Origin: Ramazzottius varieornatus
Taxonomy: Eukaryota; Animalia; Tardigrada
Direction of reading: 5' to 3'
NCBI GenBank assembly: GCA_001949185.1
Contig: BDGG01000010.1
Span: forward strand, 1,125,773 to 1,189,772
DNA: 64,000 nt
Position 1 is the first letter of the stretch. Each line of letters starts with the position of its first letter. The notes under the pieces are model-generated. The model was not told where the DNA came from. It saw nothing but the letters and a program-made list of their open reading frames with translations, and did no database searches. Made by a program: the position numbers and the translations under genes. Positions 60,099 through 64,000 of this stretch are shown here, one piece after another.

Positions 60099-62436
60099 AT
60101 GTCTGGAATGAAATCAGGTAAGAAGATTACCGAATATCAATCCCGCACCAAACCTTCGCATGATTATCTGCGCTTACAGGCTGGGATGAGCAGCTCGAAG
60201 AATGCCGGTCACGTCTTGGGCGCATCTTGTCCAAGGATTCTCCGAAGAACACACTATTACCTCGATTACGGCCGTCTTTCAGCGACGACGAAGATGCGCG
60301 AGCGACATTACCAACAGCCTCAACCTCTCCCGCCGATGACTTCCGGCGCTCTATCAAGGTGACCAGCAGTCAGCGCGCCGCCGAACGCACTCGGCTATGG
60401 CAAGAAAATGATAAAGAGAGACAAGCGAAAATTCTAGCGGAAGCGGAGCGACGCTTGAAGGAGGCGGTATCGCTTCGGATAGAAGAAGAGAATGCTGCAA
60501 ATGCGGAGTACAATCTTCAAAGAATGCAACGAGAAGAGCAGCGCCAACAACCTCGGAGATCCGAAGGTGCAGTCCGCAAAGCTGAAACACCCGAAAGAGC
60601 ATCGATATCACTAGCACCGTCTCGGGCAATCGGAGCAAGTTCTCCGGAAGTGGAAGAACCTTCTTCGTCAACTGACTCCGGTATGAAATATACGAGCTGG
60701 AGTGAGCAATTATCGTTGGCAATTTTCTGATACGCTTGGCACTTTCCTTCAGGTGAGCAAAGTTCGCCATCCGAGCCAGTAACCTCTCCTCCCGCTCAAG
60801 AAGATAACTGCAAAAGTGCAGAAATCTTCAATTGCCTTCGAGGTTTGCAGAAAACCATGCACGACCTACAAGCCGTTCTCCAGAACCTTCCAAAGCCCGA
60901 AACTGCTTCACCGGAAGTGCGGCAGACGCATGAACGCTATAAGACACTGATTGCAGAAGCGAACGTTCTCTTTCGATCTTTTACTCAGGGAGGACTTCGC
61001 AACTCGGAGATGCTTGCTCAAGTCGTGGCACGCCATGAAGAAACCAAGGCGCTACTCCAACTAGCCAACGCCCAACTTGGAACGGTATCGCACATCAAGG
61101 TAGTTTGTACGCCAGGTTCTCATAACAGATGTTTCGTCAACTGTTTTTGTTTCCAGACGAAAGGGGCAGAAGCTGAACAGCGAGCAAAATTAGCTCAACA
61201 GCAAGAACGAAAACTGGATGTGAGACCCGAGCAGAAGATCCCACAACCGTCTCAACCTCCGCAGTCGCCACAAAAACCAGAAGTCGAGGTGAAGAAAGAG
61301 CCCGTAGTTTCGACAGAAGAACGAGCTAGGAACATTTATGAGCACTACGCCGAGAAAACGAAACAAGTCAGGAGTTCCTTCCCGTCCTTGGAGTCCGATC
61401 CTTCGCTGAAGACCCTGAAGAGTGCCGTGCTGTTCGCCAGCAGTAACCCTATCGCCATCTGCTCGGCGAACTCCCCCATGGAAGTCATCGAGCCCTTCCG
61501 CAAAGCCTTCTTCCTGCTAAGAGGTGCCGAAGTGGACACGAACTCCATCAAGTTTCGCCTCAGTGACCATCCAGAGATCGTTCACTGCGCACGGTACAAC
61601 ATGGCCAAAAAGTTCATCGATTTGGCTGTCATGCAGACAGAAGAAAAGAACGAGGTCAAATTGTTTGCGCTCGCCACATTCATCACTGAGCTGTGGGCCT
61701 GCGATCGAGAGTTCGGAGAGACTTTCCTAGCACTTCTGTTTACAGAGTATCCTGTCCTGATACCGTACTATGGGAAACCTTCGATAAAAGCTGATAATGT
61801 CGAACTGTCGCTGAAGAAGATTGGAGCGATTTCGAAGTTTTACGCTGCCATTATGCAGACTGATCGAACCTTTTTACTCAGGTAAAAAGGGCATTATTGT
61901 CAAATAATTCACTCCGACCGTCTCCCAACTGGCGCACTCTCTCAGTCACTAACAATGAAGATCTGCGCCACTTGAGATCGGCGTGGGTGAAACCATTCGC
62001 CGAAGTTCCAAGTATTTTTCATCGACAAATTTCAAATTATTCCCCAAACCATTTCCTGATTCTATACCTTGATTACTTTTTCAGGCGTCTTTTTCCGACG
62101 AAGGTGTTCGAAGGACGAAATCCCCATGGAGCGGAGGGTGGCTGGGAGCTTCTGGCCGGTCTGGCTAATCAAGATATCGAAGTCGGTACAACAGTACTAG
62201 TCCTTCGGAACACACTCAGCATAGCTGGCTGGCTCCTCAAGAAGTACTACGAGAAACAGTTTTCAAAGCTCCTTATTTACGTATCTCGGCACATGCTGCC
62301 GAAAATTAGAGAAAGAACACCCAAAGAGCTAATGGGCCCTGTGGAGAGGCTCAACGAACTCATGGAAACGTACCACCGTACCATGACCATAGCTGTTCCT
62401 GAAAATAGACTGTCCGATGATTTTTGGCAGCAGTGA
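60099..62436 (+). CDS. GLE1: mRNA export factor GLE1, multi-exon
   Basis: Coiled-coil N-half; MAKKFI, YPVLIPY, GWELLAGLAN...AGWLLKKYYEKQFSKLL. Confidence 0.85.
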
Positions 62437-62664
62437 GACTCGGGAGAGGGTTTTTGTTGCATTTTAATTTTATTTCATACTGTGATGAACCGTATTTATG
62501 TATGAAATTTTTATACCGATATTCTACCTCGAAAGGAAAGCAGAAAAATAAATTAATATTGTCATCAAGAAACTGCGTACGGACTACGGAGAACTAAACT
62601 GAGAAGTGTGGTTTTATGATGCCAGCAGCTAACTTGAACGAGATCATCACTTGAAAATGTTCCA

Positions 62665-63922
62665 TCAGATTTCGTTCGACACGAACTCGCACAGTTCTTC
62701 CTCTCCGCCATACTGAAACTGGTCCAGTGCCATCAAACAAACCATGCGTTTTTCGTAAGGGAAACGAAGGTCTTTTCCGGCTTGTCGAAGCTGCAGCATC
62801 TCACTTTCGGCTTGACGAAGTTGTTTGTTGAGGTATCCTGGGTTCTCGTTCTCCTTGTCCATGATATACATAGTCAGTTCTGACCGGAAAGCTCCGTCAA
62901 TTTTTGCTTCAATAGAGTAGTCGATCGGTTCGTCTTGGGAAAGGCTCCGTGCGCGCATGGCTTCCATTAGTCCACTCCAGCTGAGTAACTGCAGTACGGT
63001 GCATACTTCCTGGTACTGCATCATCGTCTTGTCCATCATTCGTTCGAGTGCCAACTGGTAACTGCTGATGCCGTAAGGGTGACCATTGGCTATTTGGTGG
63101 GAGCTGACGTGCTCGACAGCCTCTTGGATGAATTCGGCTGTGATACGCCGAGACGGCGATGTGTCAAAAATGGAGTTCATCAAAGCCACTTCTGCCGCGC
63201 TTTGACGAATCCTCTTCATTTCTGAACGGGAGATCCCCCTTTCGTCTGTCGGACCTGCATGACGAGAGACTATGTTAACAGATTTAATTTCAATCTGGCT
63301 TAGAACCCGATAACGAGGTCGGTAGATCGGCTAGCGACAATGGACCATAGCCTGCATACGCTATAGAACGTTCAGTATGCTGTTCGGCGTATGTAGGTAC
63401 ACGAGATGTCAATTAGTACCACTTTCGCTAAACTATGATATTTTCCGCGTGACGTTCTACATTACTTATGGCCGACTATCATCCCAGCGATTTGAACGAT
63501 TTTTTAGCCCGGTATAAGACAATGAGATAGCTATTTTTACCTGAAAGCGGAGTTCGTGGACCAAAGCAAGCACCTTTAGCACCTGGAAGCAACAGATAGC
63601 ACGCGTGGTCCTTTTCACGACCTGACTTGTCGCAGATAGATATCCATTCGTATTCGATCTCAACATGAGTTGCTGATGGTCTGGCTGCTCTACGACTGTT
63701 CTGAGGACCGTCCGCATCTCCTGTCTCGCAATTTTGACCAGATAGCGCTTTCATTTTCCAGTAGTCTTCTAGCGAACGTTCAGGTCCGATCTCATTTCCA
63801 TCCAGCTTACAGCGCTGCAATTGGCTCATGTGGTGCTGGTACGTGTCCACCATCTTTCCCACGGCCTCCCATAACGTCTGCTTTCTGCTCTCCGATAATA
63901 ATGGACAAGCTGCTTCGGACAT
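62665..63922 (-). CDS. LIX1: LIX1/lowfat family protein (exons about 63922-63541 and 63254-62665)
   Basis: LPG...CFG, AAEVALMNSIF..SPSRRIT.EFI, KTMMQYQE...LQLLSWSG, RQAGKDLRFPYEK. Confidence 0.85.
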
Positions 63923-64000
63923 TTTTCTGCTGCAACAGACACCTATGACGCAAGTAAAAGTAATCGTTTATACGCAAACTTATATCAGAAGACAGGGCGT

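Overview
Gene-dense eukaryotic (metazoan) DNA with short GT-AG introns; a compact invertebrate genome such as a tardigrade is plausible, but that is only an inference. Recognisable genes in order: 3' end of rotatin, a secreted Gly/Thr-rich protein with a six-Cys tail, LARP7, two mRpL36 copies, an F-box protein, urocanate hydratase, SMC2, Ras, GGPP synthase, a divergent Vasa/DDX3-type DEAD-box helicase, phosphomannomutase, mRpS10, NSE1, GLE1 and LIX1/lowfat. The ORF track misses the most striking feature: at about 4.4-7.3 kb on the minus strand, a chain of about 10 short exons with no continuous reading frame. Most introns each hold one box C/D snoRNA (7 candidates, about 5 with recognisable LSU rRNA antisense guides, including U24-like and U76-like). 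This host transcript is head-to-head with LARP7 and appears able to splice into the downstream secreted-protein gene. The 9.5-23 kb region is a decayed tandem duplication (LARP7 tail, mRpL36 and an unknown Zn-finger-like gene) invaded by Tc1 (DD34E, intron-containing), maT (DD37D), hAT fragments and MITEs. All rRNA and snoRNA matches are from recalled conserved sequences, not from searches.
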